Shown: positions 28,268 through 37,729 of the stretch, in pieces
How the letters are laid out: each line of letters starts with the position of its first letter
Position numbering within the stretch: position 1 is the first letter of the stretch
DNA from: Candidatus Tepidifontimicrobium thermophilum
Lineage (GTDB): Bacteria > Sysuimicrobiota > Sysuimicrobiia > Sysuimicrobiales > Sysuimicrobiaceae
Length of the DNA stretch: 64,000 bases
Direction: 5' to 3'
Assembly (NCBI GenBank): GCA_031459915.1
Contig: JAVKHO010000002.1
Location: 102,597 to 166,596 of the forward strand
The notes under the pieces: generated by a model
Seen by the model: the letters and a program-made list of their open reading frames with translations, nothing else
Database searches by the model: none
Told to the model about the DNA's origin: nothing
Translations under genes and position numbers: made by a program

Positions 28268-29070
28268 GGCTCCCGCTCTGCCCGGACCAGCCCGCGGCGG
28301 GAGCCCCGGTGCTCCCGCAGGAACGCTACCAGCTCGCCCACCAGCCCCTCTTCCCCCAGCTCGGCCACGATGCGGTCCAGGGCGTGCGGGACTGACAGAC
28401 CTTCCCGGTACAGCATGCGGAACGCACGGTGCAGTCGGGCCACCTCCTCCCGCGGGACCCCCGCTCGTTGCAGCCCCACCCGGTTCAGCCCCCGCGCCCG
28501 GGCGGGCACGCCGTCCACCAGCACGAAGGGCGGCACGTCCGTGGTGAGCTTGGCCATGCCGCCCACCATCCCCAGCCGTCCGATGCGCACAAACTGGTGC
28601 ACCCCCGCCATGCCCCCGATCTGTGCCCCGTCGTCCACCCGCACGTGGCCCGCGAGGCCCGAACCCGTGACGATCACGATGTCCGAACCGAGCCGACAGT
28701 TGTGGGCCACGTGCACCATGGACATGATGTAGTTCCGGTCCCCCACCACCGTGGCCTCGCCGTCCCCCGTGGCGCGGTGGATCTGCACGTACTCCCGGAA
28801 CACGTTCTCGTCGCCCACGATCACGTAGCTGCGCTCCCCGCGGAAGGACCGGTCCTGGGGCTCGCTCCCGATCACCACCCCCGCGTGGATGCGGTTGCGC
28901 CGCCCGATGCGCACGTAGCCCTCCAGCACCACGTGCGGCCCGATCACCGTGTCCTCGCCCACCTCCACGTGGGGCCCGATCACCGCGTAAGGGCCCACCC
29001 GCACGGTGGGGTGCAGACGGGCGTCGGGGTGCACCACCGCGGTGGGGTGGATCCGCGGCTCGGTACTCAT
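28264..29070 (-). CDS. lpxA: UDP-GlcNAc O-acyltransferase
   Basis: Hexapeptide repeats, PQD, IHRAT, HVAHNC, HQFVRIG and DVPPF. Confidence 0.96.
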   Translation of the reverse strand: MSTEPRIHPTAVVHPDARLHPTVRVGPYAVIGPHVEVGEDTVIGPHVVLEGYVRIGRRNRIHAGVVIGSEPQDRSFRGERSYVIVGDENVFREYVQIHRATGDGEATVVGDRNYIMSMVHVAHNCRLGSDIVIVTGSGLAGHVRVDDGAQIGGMAGVHQFVRIGRLGMVGGMAKLTTDVPPFVLVDGVPARARGLNRVGLQRAGVPREEVARLHRAFRMLYREGLSVPHALDRIVAELGEEGLVGELVAFLREHRGSRRGLVRAEREP

Positions 29071-29516
29071 CGCACCTTGTCTCCGTGGTCGCTGAGGGAG
29101 AAGGTCAGGGTGCCCTCCGCGGCCACCTGTCCGTCGACGGTGGCCCGGCCCTGGACCCGGACGAGCCGGCCCCGGATCCACTCCAGCTGCACCTCGAGCC
29201 GTAGCTGGTCGCCCGGCACCACCGGCCTGCGGAAGCGAACCCCGTCCGCCGCGGCGAAGTACGCCAGCCGGCCTGGCAGCCGCATCTTGTACAGCACCAG
29301 CACGCCCGCGGCCTGCGCCAGGGCTTCCACGATCAGGACGCCCGGCATCACCGGGTTGCCCGGCAGGTGCCCCACGAAGAACTCCTCGTTGATAGTGACG
29401 TTCTTGAGGGCCACGATCCGGCCCGCCTCCGCGTCCAGCTCCAGGACACGGTCCACCATCAGGAAGGGGTAGCGGTGCGGCAGGTAGTCGAGGATCTCCC
29501 GGATCTGTACGCTCAT
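29067..29516 (-). CDS. fabZ: 3-hydroxyacyl-ACP dehydratase
   Basis: LPHRYPFLMVDRV and GHLPGNPVMPGVLIVEALAQ. Confidence 0.97.
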   Translation of the reverse strand: MSVQIREILDYLPHRYPFLMVDRVLELDAEAGRIVALKNVTINEEFFVGHLPGNPVMPGVLIVEALAQAAGVLVLYKMRLPGRLAYFAAADGVRFRRPVVPGDQLRLEVQLEWIRGRLVRVQGRATVDGQVAAEGTLTFSLSDHGDKVR

Positions 29517-29541
29517 CGGCACCTCCTGTCCGCGCACGCGC

Positions 29542-30345
29542 TCACCCGCTCAAGCCGGCCAGCGCCCGGGCCAGCGCCACGTGCGTCCCGTGACCGGCTC
29601 CCACCGCCACCACGTGTGCCCGCAGCTCCGCCCCGAGCAGCGCCAGGTCTCCGAGCAGGTCCACCACCTTGTGCCGGGCCGGCTCGTCCGCAAACCTGGG
29701 ACGGTTGCGGTAGCCGCCGGCTTCCAGCACCAGGGTGTTGGACTCCGACGCCCCGAGGGCCAGCCCCTGGGCCCACAGGCCGCCCGCCTCCTCCGCATAG
29801 CCCCACGTGCGGGCGGGCGCCAGTTCCCGTTCGAAGGACTCCTCGTCCACCTGTACGTCCACCGCCTGCGCCGGTCGGTCCCGCAGCGGCACCACGTAAG
29901 TCACCCGCAGCCCGGCAGACGGGAGCGCCGCGCACAACCGGTCTCCGTCCGTGACCCAGACCGGTTCTCGGACCGCCACGACAGGTCGCTCTGCGTCCAG
30001 GTCCCGGGTCCCCACCCGTCGCACGGCGTTCCAGAAAGGCAGGGCACTGCCGTCGCCAGCCGGTACCTCCCCTCCTTCCACCACCAGCTCGCCGGCGGTG
30101 ACCCCGGCCACCCACAGCGCCGCCAGCAGGTGCTCCACGGTCAACACCCCGGCCACCTGCGTCCGCCGCTCCGTCGAGTCTACCGCCCGCACCCCCAGCA
30201 CCACGGTAGCTTCTCCAGTGCGCAGGACCAACCCCGGCAGCTCCCGCGGCAGGATCCGGACCCGGCACGGTTTGCCGGTGTGGATCCCGACACCCTGGAC
30301 CTCCACGGGCCGGACCAGGGTCCGGTGCTTCAACGAGCCCTCCAC
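29542..30345 (-). CDS. lpxC: UDP-3-O-acyl-GlcNAc deacetylase
   Basis: GVGIHTG, TVEHLLAAL, DGSA, APARTWG, RHKVVDLLGDL and GHGTH. Confidence 0.94.
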   Translation of the reverse strand: MEGSLKHRTLVRPVEVQGVGIHTGKPCRVRILPRELPGLVLRTGEATVVLGVRAVDSTERRTQVAGVLTVEHLLAALWVAGVTAGELVVEGGEVPAGDGSALPFWNAVRRVGTRDLDAERPVVAVREPVWVTDGDRLCAALPSAGLRVTYVVPLRDRPAQAVDVQVDEESFERELAPARTWGYAEEAGGLWAQGLALGASESNTLVLEAGGYRNRPRFADEPARHKVVDLLGDLALLGAELRAHVVAVGAGHGTHVALARALAGLSG

Positions 30346-32099
30346 ACCAGCCGCACCGGGTACCAGGAGGCCGCCTCAGGCACGGTCACGAGCTCCACCG
30401 CGCGCACCTCACGCGGCGCGAGGGTTGCCGCTAGGACCTGAGCGCTCCGCCCGGCGGCCACGAACTTCAGGTCCACCAGCTGCCCGTCCACGAGGAAAGT
30501 GGCGTAGGCGGGACCGGAGGAGGCCACCAGCACCAGCTCCACGTCCGCCGGCCGGTCCGTGGGGTTGTGCAGGAGCAGGCGCAGCCGGTAGGTCACCCCG
30601 TAGTCGCCCTCCAGCAGGGTACCGGTCCGGAGATCCCGCAGCTGCCGACTCCGGCCGATCTCCGTCTGCCACTCTTCTCCCACCACCAGCGTGGCCTCCG
30701 CCTCCACCAGGGGAGGGCCAAACACCCCGCGCGGGTGAGCCTTGTCGTCCGGTTCGACCTCCCAACGTACGGCCCGGTCCAGCACGTAAACCGTCCGCAC
30801 GCTCACGGACACCTCGAGGGGACCTCCCTCGAGGACCTGCACCTGCAGCAGCCCGGAGACCACGTACCCGGGGGGAGTCCGCTGGGTGGTGAACCGGTGC
30901 TCGCCCCGGGCCGGGATCTCCAGCACGTACCCAGCCCCGCGGCCGAGGAGTTCCAGGAACCGGCGCGCCGCCGCGTGCCCCACGCCCATGGTGTCGTGCC
31001 ACGCACCGGGTGCCGCCAGCTGCATGTGGACTTTGGCGGGGCGGCTGTTGGGGTTGCGCAGCCACACGGTCACCACCTTGTCCCGGCCCGCTCCGTTGCT
31101 GTGGTGGTACAGCATTCGGACCGACTCCCCTGAATTCACCACCTCCCGGAACAGGACTCCGTCCGCGGCGATCCGCTCCGGGTTGTTGCTGACCAGCAGC
31201 CGCGAGGGTGGCGCCAGTTCCATCACCTGGTTCCGAACCGTCACCGGGACTCGCCCCTCCACCGGTAGGGCGAACGGACTGCGGATGCGCACCGGGACCC
31301 CGCCCCGCCACACCTCGCCCGGCCGGAGGGGAGGCGGTTCGAACGCACCCACCTCCAGGAAGGCGCCGGGTCCGGTCCGTGCTGCGCGTTCCAGCGACCG
31401 CAGTGCCGCCTCCCGCACCACGTCCGCGGACGCCACGTCCCCGGTCACCACCGCCTCCACTTGCTCCGGGAGCTGCCCGCTCAGGGGCCGGACCCACACC
31501 CGCAGTTCCCGCTGGCTCGGCCCGTAGCGCAGCGGGACCCTTACCGTCCCCGCCGTCCGTCCCACAACCCGCAGCTGCTGCGGCCCGGCCCACTGCAACT
31601 CCACAACCCGCGGGTCGTAGGGCCCCACCTCAGGCCGGCCGGGCGGGATTGTGCGGATCTCTACCAGCCCGCTCCCGCCCACGGGGAGCACGAGGGCCGG
31701 GGTGGCCACGGTCAACCGCCGGACTGAGAGGGCTGCGTGGAGGCGCTGTGCCCACTGGGAAGCCAGCGCGGACGGGGACGTCCGGTTGGCCCGGGCCTCG
31801 GCCGGGTCCGCGGCCACGACCCTCCGGCCCGACACGTACACGTCCACGGACCCGCTGGCCGGGACGATTTCCACAGTCCGGGCCGCCGCAGGGAGGGCGC
31901 GTAGCCGGTCCGCCACCTGCCGGGCCCGCGCCGCGGCGCCGGGGCCCCGGAGTCGGAGGACCAGCCGCCCGTTCACCCACACCGCCCACGCGGGGCCTTC
32001 CGCGGCCACCTCCACTGCCGGTCCGGAGGCCGCAGGCCCCGGGGAGCCTCCCAACAGCGCGACCAGCATCGCTGCAGCGACCAGGGTTCGGACGCGCAT
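30330..32099 (-). CDS. Secreted hypothetical protein between lpxD and lpxC
   Basis: Signal peptide, beta-rich multi-domain 589 aa, motifs LVSNNPE and LEGDYGVTY; adjoins lpxD and overlaps lpxC. Confidence 0.75.
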   Translation of the reverse strand: MRVRTLVAAAMLVALLGGSPGPAASGPAVEVAAEGPAWAVWVNGRLVLRLRGPGAAARARQVADRLRALPAAARTVEIVPASGSVDVYVSGRRVVAADPAEARANRTSPSALASQWAQRLHAALSVRRLTVATPALVLPVGGSGLVEIRTIPPGRPEVGPYDPRVVELQWAGPQQLRVVGRTAGTVRVPLRYGPSQRELRVWVRPLSGQLPEQVEAVVTGDVASADVVREAALRSLERAARTGPGAFLEVGAFEPPPLRPGEVWRGGVPVRIRSPFALPVEGRVPVTVRNQVMELAPPSRLLVSNNPERIAADGVLFREVVNSGESVRMLYHHSNGAGRDKVVTVWLRNPNSRPAKVHMQLAAPGAWHDTMGVGHAAARRFLELLGRGAGYVLEIPARGEHRFTTQRTPPGYVVSGLLQVQVLEGGPLEVSVSVRTVYVLDRAVRWEVEPDDKAHPRGVFGPPLVEAEATLVVGEEWQTEIGRSRQLRDLRTGTLLEGDYGVTYRLRLLLHNPTDRPADVELVLVASSGPAYATFLVDGQLVDLKFVAAGRSAQVLAATLAPREVRAVELVTVPEAASWYPVRLVWRAR

Positions 32100-32108
32100 C
32101 GGACGCAG

Positions 32109-33140
32109 TTAGGCTTCGCCGCCCCCGCCGGCGCCCTCCTCTCCGGTCAGCAACCGCTCGAGCCGCCGGACCCGTTGCAGCAACCGTGGCAGCTGCCGAC
32201 GGGCCGCCTGCTCCCGCAGCTCGTCGTGCCGGGGCTGCGCCGGGTGGCCGTACACGGTCGCGCCCGGCGGCACGTCCTTGGTCACCCCGCTCTGGGCCAG
32301 CACCACCGCGCCGGCACCGATCCGCACGTGATCCGCCACGCCCACCTGTCCCGCCAGGACCACCCCGTCCTCCAGCACCGCGCTGCCCGCGATCCCACAC
32401 TGTGCAGCCACCAGGCACCGTCGGCCGATCTGCACGTTGTGCGCCACCTGCACCAGGTTGTCGATCTTCGTGCCCGCCCCGATCCAGGTCGCGTCCAGGG
32501 TGGCCCGGTCCACGGTGGTACCCGCCCCGATCTCCACGTCGTCTTCCACCACCACGGTGCCCACCTGCGGGATCTTGCGGTGCGCCTGGGGACCCGGCAC
32601 GAACCCGAACCCGTCGGAGCCCAGCACACACCCGGCGTGCAGGACCACGCGGTTGCCCACGCGGACCCGCTCCCCCACGACCGCGTGCGGGTACACGACA
32701 CAGTCCTCACCCACGGAGGCATAGGGGCCCACGTAGGCGAACGGGTAAAGGACGCTGCGCGCGCCCACGGTCGCTCCCTCTTCCACCACCGCGAAGGCCC
32801 CCACCGCCACCTCCGGCCCCAGGCGGGCCGCCGGGTGGATCACCGCCGCAGGGTGGACTCCGCGCGGGTGGTGAGGCTTCGGGCCCAACAGCTCCAGCAG
32901 CACCGCCAGGGCCAGCCGTCCGTCCCGGACCCGGATCGCAGGCGCGGGCGAGGGGAGCCCTTCCGGCACCACCACCGCGGCGGCGCCCCGCTGTGTAGCG
33001 GCCCGCACAGCCTGCGGGGACGTGCACACGCACACCGCACCCGGCCCCGCAGACTCCGGGCTGGCGACCCGCAGCACCTCCACGCCGCCGTCGCCCTCCA
33101 AGCGCCCCCCAAGAGCTCGTGCCAGCTCCTCCAGCGTCAT
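32109..33140 (-). CDS. lpxD: UDP-3-O-acyl-glucosamine N-acyltransferase
   Basis: GSDGFGF, KIPQVG, TTVDRA and [12 protein letters not shown]. Confidence 0.96.
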   Translation of the reverse strand: MTLEELARALGGRLEGDGGVEVLRVASPESAGPGAVCVCTSPQAVRAATQRGAAAVVVPEGLPSPAPAIRVRDGRLALAVLLELLGPKPHHPRGVHPAAVIHPAARLGPEVAVGAFAVVEEGATVGARSVLYPFAYVGPYASVGEDCVVYPHAVVGERVRVGNRVVLHAGCVLGSDGFGFVPGPQAHRKIPQVGTVVVEDDVEIGAGTTVDRATLDATWIGAGTKIDNLVQVAHNVQIGRRCLVAAQCGIAGSAVLEDGVVLAGQVGVADHVRIGAGAVVLAQSGVTKDVPPGATVYGHPAQPRHDELREQAARRQLPRLLQRVRRLERLLTGEEGAGGGGEA

Positions 33141-33194
33141 GCACGGTCTCCCTCGGCCCCCCGGTCGGGCGGCCGCGCGGTCTGCACGCGCACG

Positions 33195-33596
33195 CTACCG
33201 CAGCTTCTCCAGTACCTGGTCTGTGAGGTCCTTTCCGCCCACCACCGCGGCGCTTTTGACCAGCACCACCCGCACCCTCTCCTTGCGGGCCACCTCCTCC
33301 ACCACCTCCCGCAGGCGGCGGTTCAGGCGCTCCTCCAGCTCCGCCCGGAGCTGCTGGAGCTCCCGGAGGTAGGCCAGCCTCTGCTGTTCCAGCGCCCTGC
33401 GGTCCAGCCGCTGCGCGGCGATGGACAGCTCCGCGGCCATGAGCTTCTCGCGGTCGTTCAGCTGCTTCTGGTAGGAGAGGGCCAGGACGCTTTCGTTCAA
33501 CACCCGCTGGGTGTCCACCACGCCCACCGCGGGCCGGCCACAGCCTGCCAGCAGGAACGTGGACACCACCACCACGAGCCGCCTTCGCGTCCTCAT
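33195..33596 (-). CDS. Skp/OmpH-like lipoprotein (short)
   Basis: Lipobox LLAGC, VGVVDTQRV and C-terminal GGKDLTDQVL. Confidence 0.8.
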   Translation of the reverse strand: MRTRRRLVVVVSTFLLAGCGRPAVGVVDTQRVLNESVLALSYQKQLNDREKLMAAELSIAAQRLDRRALEQQRLAYLRELQQLRAELEERLNRRLREVVEEVARKERVRVVLVKSAAVVGGKDLTDQVLEKLR

Positions 33597-34822
33597 CGCT
33601 TGCCCCGCAACCTCCGCAGCACCAGGTCGGTGATGTCCGTGGCGTTCCGGTGCGAGACGTACCGCACCAGGACCAGGTCCAGTCCCTGCTCCAGGGCCAC
33701 CTGCGCCACCTCCACTCGCACTTCCGCCAGGATGGTGGCCTCCAGGCTGGCCTGCTGGGCCTTCAGGGCTTCCAGCTCCCGGCGCAGCTGTTCCTGACGG
33801 ACTCGTTGTTCCTCCTCATACCGTCGCTGTGCCGCCTCCGCCACTTTCCGGAACTCTTCCTGGGCGCGCTGTGCGGCGCCTCGGGCCTGGGCGGTGGCCT
33901 GCTGCTCCAGGGCCCGCTGCCGCTCCCGCAACTGCCGCTGGAACTCCCGCTCCCGATCCTGCGCCTGCTGCTGCAGCTCCGCCCGCAGCTGAGCCTCCCG
34001 CTCTGCCAGCTGCGACCTCGTCTGCTCCTCCAGCTCCTTCCGGTACGCCTCCAGCTCCTCCCGCGCCCTCTGCTCCTCCACCCGGGCGAACTCCTGGAGT
34101 TCCTTCTGCTGAGCCTCCGCGAACGCCTGGATCTTCCCGTCCCGCTCCTTCTGGAGCCGCTCGTACTCCTGGAGCAGCCGGTCGTACTGCTGCCGGTCCG
34201 CGTGCTGGACGGTCTCCAGCTTCAGCCGCAGGTTCAGCAGGGGCAGGCGGTACTCCCGGGCCACCTGTTCCTCGTAAGCCCGCACCCGCGCCTGCACCTG
34301 CTGCTTTTGGGCCTCCACCCTGCGCTGCAGGTCCTCCTGCACCTGCTGCTGCCGCGCCTTCAGCCGCTCCTCCGCGTCTCGCTGCAGCTGCTGGGCGTAC
34401 CGCTCCAGCTCCGCCCTGGCCTGCCGTTCCCGAGCCTCCAGCTCCCGCCGGTAGACTGCCCGGAGCTCCTGCGCGTACCGGGCCAGCTCCCGCTGGGCCT
34501 CCTCCTGGACGCGGCGCGTGACCGGCGACACGGAGGGGACGGGGAGGGGCGGCGGGGGAGGCGGGACCATGAGGGCCGCCTCGGTCTGCGCGATGCGCCG
34601 CCGCAGCTCCGTCAGTTCCCGCGCCTGCGGATGCTCCTTCGCAATGCGGTCCAGGTCCACCACCGCCACCCGGTACGGCTTCGGGGCGGCGGGTCGCGGA
34701 GGCGGGGAGGGCGCGCGCGCGGCCGGACGGGTGCACCCAGCGAGCACCCACAACGCCACCACGCACGCCAACAGCCCGACCCCTCGGCTCACCATGACGC
34801 GTTCGGTCCGCCGCGGCAACAA
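33593..34822 (-). CDS. Skp/OmpH-like lipoprotein with very long coiled-coil arms
   Basis: Lipobox VLAGC, VAVVDLDRI..HP, about 300 aa of E/Q/R helix and C-terminal LDLVL..ATDITDLV. Start may be ATG near 34795. Confidence 0.78.
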   Translation of the reverse strand: MLPRRTERVMVSRGVGLLACVVALWVLAGCTRPAARAPSPPPRPAAPKPYRVAVVDLDRIAKEHPQARELTELRRRIAQTEAALMVPPPPPPLPVPSVSPVTRRVQEEAQRELARYAQELRAVYRRELEARERQARAELERYAQQLQRDAEERLKARQQQVQEDLQRRVEAQKQQVQARVRAYEEQVAREYRLPLLNLRLKLETVQHADRQQYDRLLQEYERLQKERDGKIQAFAEAQQKELQEFARVEEQRAREELEAYRKELEEQTRSQLAEREAQLRAELQQQAQDREREFQRQLRERQRALEQQATAQARGAAQRAQEEFRKVAEAAQRRYEEEQRVRQEQLRRELEALKAQQASLEATILAEVRVEVAQVALEQGLDLVLVRYVSHRNATDITDLVLRRLRGKR

Positions 34823-34843
34823 GGGATGCCCACGGACACAGGG

Positions 34844-35296
34844 CTAGCGTCCCTGGAGCTCCTGGACCACCTGGTCCGTCAGGTCCACGCCCCCGTACAG
34901 CACCACGGTCCGGTCCAGGACCACGCTCACCCCAGCTCGCTTGGCCACACGCTCCACCGCGGCGCGGATGTCCTTGTCCAGGGCCGACAGGAGCTCCGCC
35001 CGGCGCTTGAAGATCTCCTCCTGCGTCCTCCGGGCCAGGTCGGCCTGTTCTGCGGGCGACTTGTTCTGGGCCAGTCGCCGCAGCTCCGCGGCCTTGGCCC
35101 GGGCGAACTGGTTGAGGGCTTCCTCCGAGCTCGCCTTCTTCGGGTGCGCGTCGAGGGCTCGCTGCATGTCCACGTAGCCCACCACCAGGGTCGCCCCCAC
35201 AGGACCCCCGCCCGCGGTGGTCACTGCGGCCACCACCACCGCCAGCGCCACCAACGCCGCCACAACTCCCAGCAACCGTTTCGTCTTGACGTCCAC
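34844..35296 (-). CDS. Skp/OmpH family chaperone
   Basis: VGYVDMQRAL..HP and VVLDRTVVLYGGVDLTDQV; directly after bamA. Confidence 0.88.
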   Translation of the reverse strand: MDVKTKRLLGVVAALVALAVVVAAVTTAGGGPVGATLVVGYVDMQRALDAHPKKASSEEALNQFARAKAAELRRLAQNKSPAEQADLARRTQEEIFKRRAELLSALDKDIRAAVERVAKRAGVSVVLDRTVVLYGGVDLTDQVVQELQGR

Positions 35297-35361
35297 GGCG
35301 CCTCCCTCCCCTCCGGCCCGCGCGGCCGGCTCCCGCGCGTCCAGGGCATGCTACCACAGGA

Positions 35362-37152
35362 TCAGAATGGGTGTCCGAAGTACAGCCACGTCTGCGCGCG
35401 CCCGTCGGGCCCGATGGCGTAATCGATCCGGATGGGTCCGATGGGCGAGTTCACCAGCACCCCCAGGCCGTAGCTGAACTGCCAGTTGTCCACGAACCCG
35501 AACCCCGACTGGGACACCCCGCCCGCGTCGGCGAACACCACCGCGGCGATATCCCGCAGGTCCGGGAACAGGGCCACCAGCGGCAGCCGGAACTCCACGC
35601 TGGCCACGAGCCCGCTGTTGCCCCGATCCGACAGGACCGGCAGGCCCCGCACACTGGCCTGGCCGCCCAGCGTGTACTGTTCCTGGATCGGCAGGACCCC
35701 GGACGACGCGGAGGCGCGCACCCGGCCCACCAGGGTCCCCTCCCACAGGGGCCAGTAGTGCACGTACTCCGCCTGGTACTTGAGGAACTCGAAGTCCGCG
35801 CCGAAGAACCGGAAAGCGTAGTCCACGGACGCGGAGGTGCGGGCCCCGCGACGGGGGTTCCGGGGGTCGTCCCGCAGGTCGTAGGACGCCTCCGCCCGCA
35901 GGGCGTGGACTAGGCCCGGCGTCAGGGGGACCGGTGAGCTGCCCTGGACCACGGTGAAGTCCGTGCGCTCGGTGCGGAGCGTGAGGCTCCCGCTGAGCTC
36001 GTTGGACAGCCGGCGGGACAGGGTCGCGGAGCCCCCCTCCAGGAGCATGAAGTACTGGAGGTTCAGCGTGGTGTCGTTCACCAGCTGGTTGGTGTCGTGC
36101 AGCTCCAGGGCCAGGGATTGCCCCCGCTGCCCGAACCAGGGGTCCCGGTACTGGAGGACGATGTTCTCCGCGGGCTGCCCGCTCAGCAGGCTGTCCGTAA
36201 TGCCGCCCACCAGGGAGCTCACGTTGCGCTGGTAGGACAGGACCAGGGTGCGGCCCATCCCGTGAAGGTTGCGCTCGGCGAACTGGGCGCTGCCCAGGAT
36301 GCCCTGCTGGGGGCTGTAGCCCAGCCCGAACCCAAACTCCCGGCTGCTGCGCTCCTGCAGCTCGATGACCAGCAGGACCCTGTCCGGGTCGCTGCCTGGC
36401 TGCGGCTGGGCCCGCACGTTCTCGAACAGGCCCGTGTCGAAGACCTGCTGGAGGTCCCGGTTGACCCGCTGGAGGTTGAACACCTCCCCCTCGCGGACGG
36501 TCAGGAGCCGCTGCACGAACGCCGGCCGCGTCCGGACCAGGCCCCGGAGCTCCACCCGTTCCACCGTCCCCTCCCGCACCACCACCCGCAGGGTCCCGTC
36601 CTCAGTGACCTCCACGTCCGCCACCCGCACCAGCAGGTAGCCCCGGTCCTGGTACAGCTTCTCGACGGCCCGGGCGCCCGCACGCAGGTCCACGGTGTTC
36701 AGCACGGCCCCCTCCCGCACGCCCAGGGCCGCACGCAGTTCCTCCGTGGGGACTACGGTGTTCCCGGTGATCTCTACCCGCCGCACCACCGGGTTTTCCA
36801 CGACCACGAAGATCAGCTGCACGCCGTCCTCGGTGCTCTGCAGCCGGACCACCACGTCCGCAAAGAGCCCCGTGGCCAGGATCTGCTCCACGTCCTGGCG
36901 TACCCGGTCCTGGTCCAGCAGCTCGCCCGCCCGCGAGCCGATGGCCCCGTACACGACCTCCGGCGAGACGTTCTGGGTGCCCAGCACCACGATGTCCACG
37001 ATCCGCGCGGGCCGCGGGCTCGGCGAGGGTGTGGGGGTCGGGCTGGGCGACGGGGTAGCAGCCACCTGGGCACGGCCCGGGCCCGACCACGCCCACGCCA
37101 CACAGAGCAGCACCGCAAACCAAGCCGCCGTCCGCAGGACCTGCACAGTCAC
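35362..37152 (-). CDS. bamA: Omp85/BamA outer-membrane protein assembly factor (about 3 POTRA domains)
   Basis: POTRA motifs (TGLF, ITGNTV, YQDRGY), ERNLHGMG, lid loop LGGQASVRG, SPIGPIRIDYA and a terminal F. Confidence 0.93.
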   Translation of the reverse strand: MTVQVLRTAAWFAVLLCVAWAWSGPGRAQVAATPSPSPTPTPSPSPRPARIVDIVVLGTQNVSPEVVYGAIGSRAGELLDQDRVRQDVEQILATGLFADVVVRLQSTEDGVQLIFVVVENPVVRRVEITGNTVVPTEELRAALGVREGAVLNTVDLRAGARAVEKLYQDRGYLLVRVADVEVTEDGTLRVVVREGTVERVELRGLVRTRPAFVQRLLTVREGEVFNLQRVNRDLQQVFDTGLFENVRAQPQPGSDPDRVLLVIELQERSSREFGFGLGYSPQQGILGSAQFAERNLHGMGRTLVLSYQRNVSSLVGGITDSLLSGQPAENIVLQYRDPWFGQRGQSLALELHDTNQLVNDTTLNLQYFMLLEGGSATLSRRLSNELSGSLTLRTERTDFTVVQGSSPVPLTPGLVHALRAEASYDLRDDPRNPRRGARTSASVDYAFRFFGADFEFLKYQAEYVHYWPLWEGTLVGRVRASASSGVLPIQEQYTLGGQASVRGLPVLSDRGNSGLVASVEFRLPLVALFPDLRDIAAVVFADAGGVSQSGFGFVDNWQFSYGLGVLVNSPIGPIRIDYAIGPDGRAQTWLYFGHPF

Positions 37153-37202
37153 CTCCTCGGCTCACGAGACCGTGCCCTTGTGCGCTCCCTTGAACCCGCC
37201 CT

Positions 37203-37697
37203 TCACCGCAGGGACACCGGCTCTACGGGCAACCCCTCGGAGTCCAGTCCCGCTTCGCGCAGGAGGTCCCGTATCCAAAGGGGGACCTCCTCCCCGGACG
37301 GGACCGTCCACGGCCGTGCCACCAAGTGCTGCCTCGAAGGGGACACCAGCGCCAGCACGCTGCCGGGCACGTAGCCCAAAGAGACCGCCCGGCCGGCGGC
37401 GTGGGCCGTGGCCTTCTCGGGTACTGTCGCAGCCGGCCACCGGAGCCCGCCGGCCAGCGCCACCGCCGCCGCCGCGGCCAGCACCGCTACCAGCACCGCC
37501 GGGCGCCTGCGCGCAACCGGCAGGGGCTCGCTCAAAGCAAGCTGCCGCGCCAGGCGTACCTCCGCCTCCGCCAGGGACAGGTCCAGCAACGCCCGCGCGC
37601 GGGACCCCGTCTCCCACGCTCGTGCCGCCCTTTCCAGCCAGCCCCGGGCTCCCTCGATGTGCACCGTGACCCGACCCACGCCGGCCTCCCGGACCAT
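37203..37697 (-). CDS. Single-TM hypothetical protein (candidate anti-sigma factor)
   Basis: Helical N-terminal domain, RRRP then TM AVLVAVLAAAAAVALAGGL, short C-terminal domain; immediately after the sigma gene. Confidence 0.65.
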   Translation of the reverse strand: MVREAGVGRVTVHIEGARGWLERAARAWETGSRARALLDLSLAEAEVRLARQLALSEPLPVARRRPAVLVAVLAAAAAVALAGGLRWPAATVPEKATAHAAGRAVSLGYVPGSVLALVSPSRQHLVARPWTVPSGEEVPLWIRDLLREAGLDSEGLPVEPVSLR

Positions 37698-37729
37698 CCC
37701 ACCTTAGTATCCGCGGATGCCGGCGCCCG

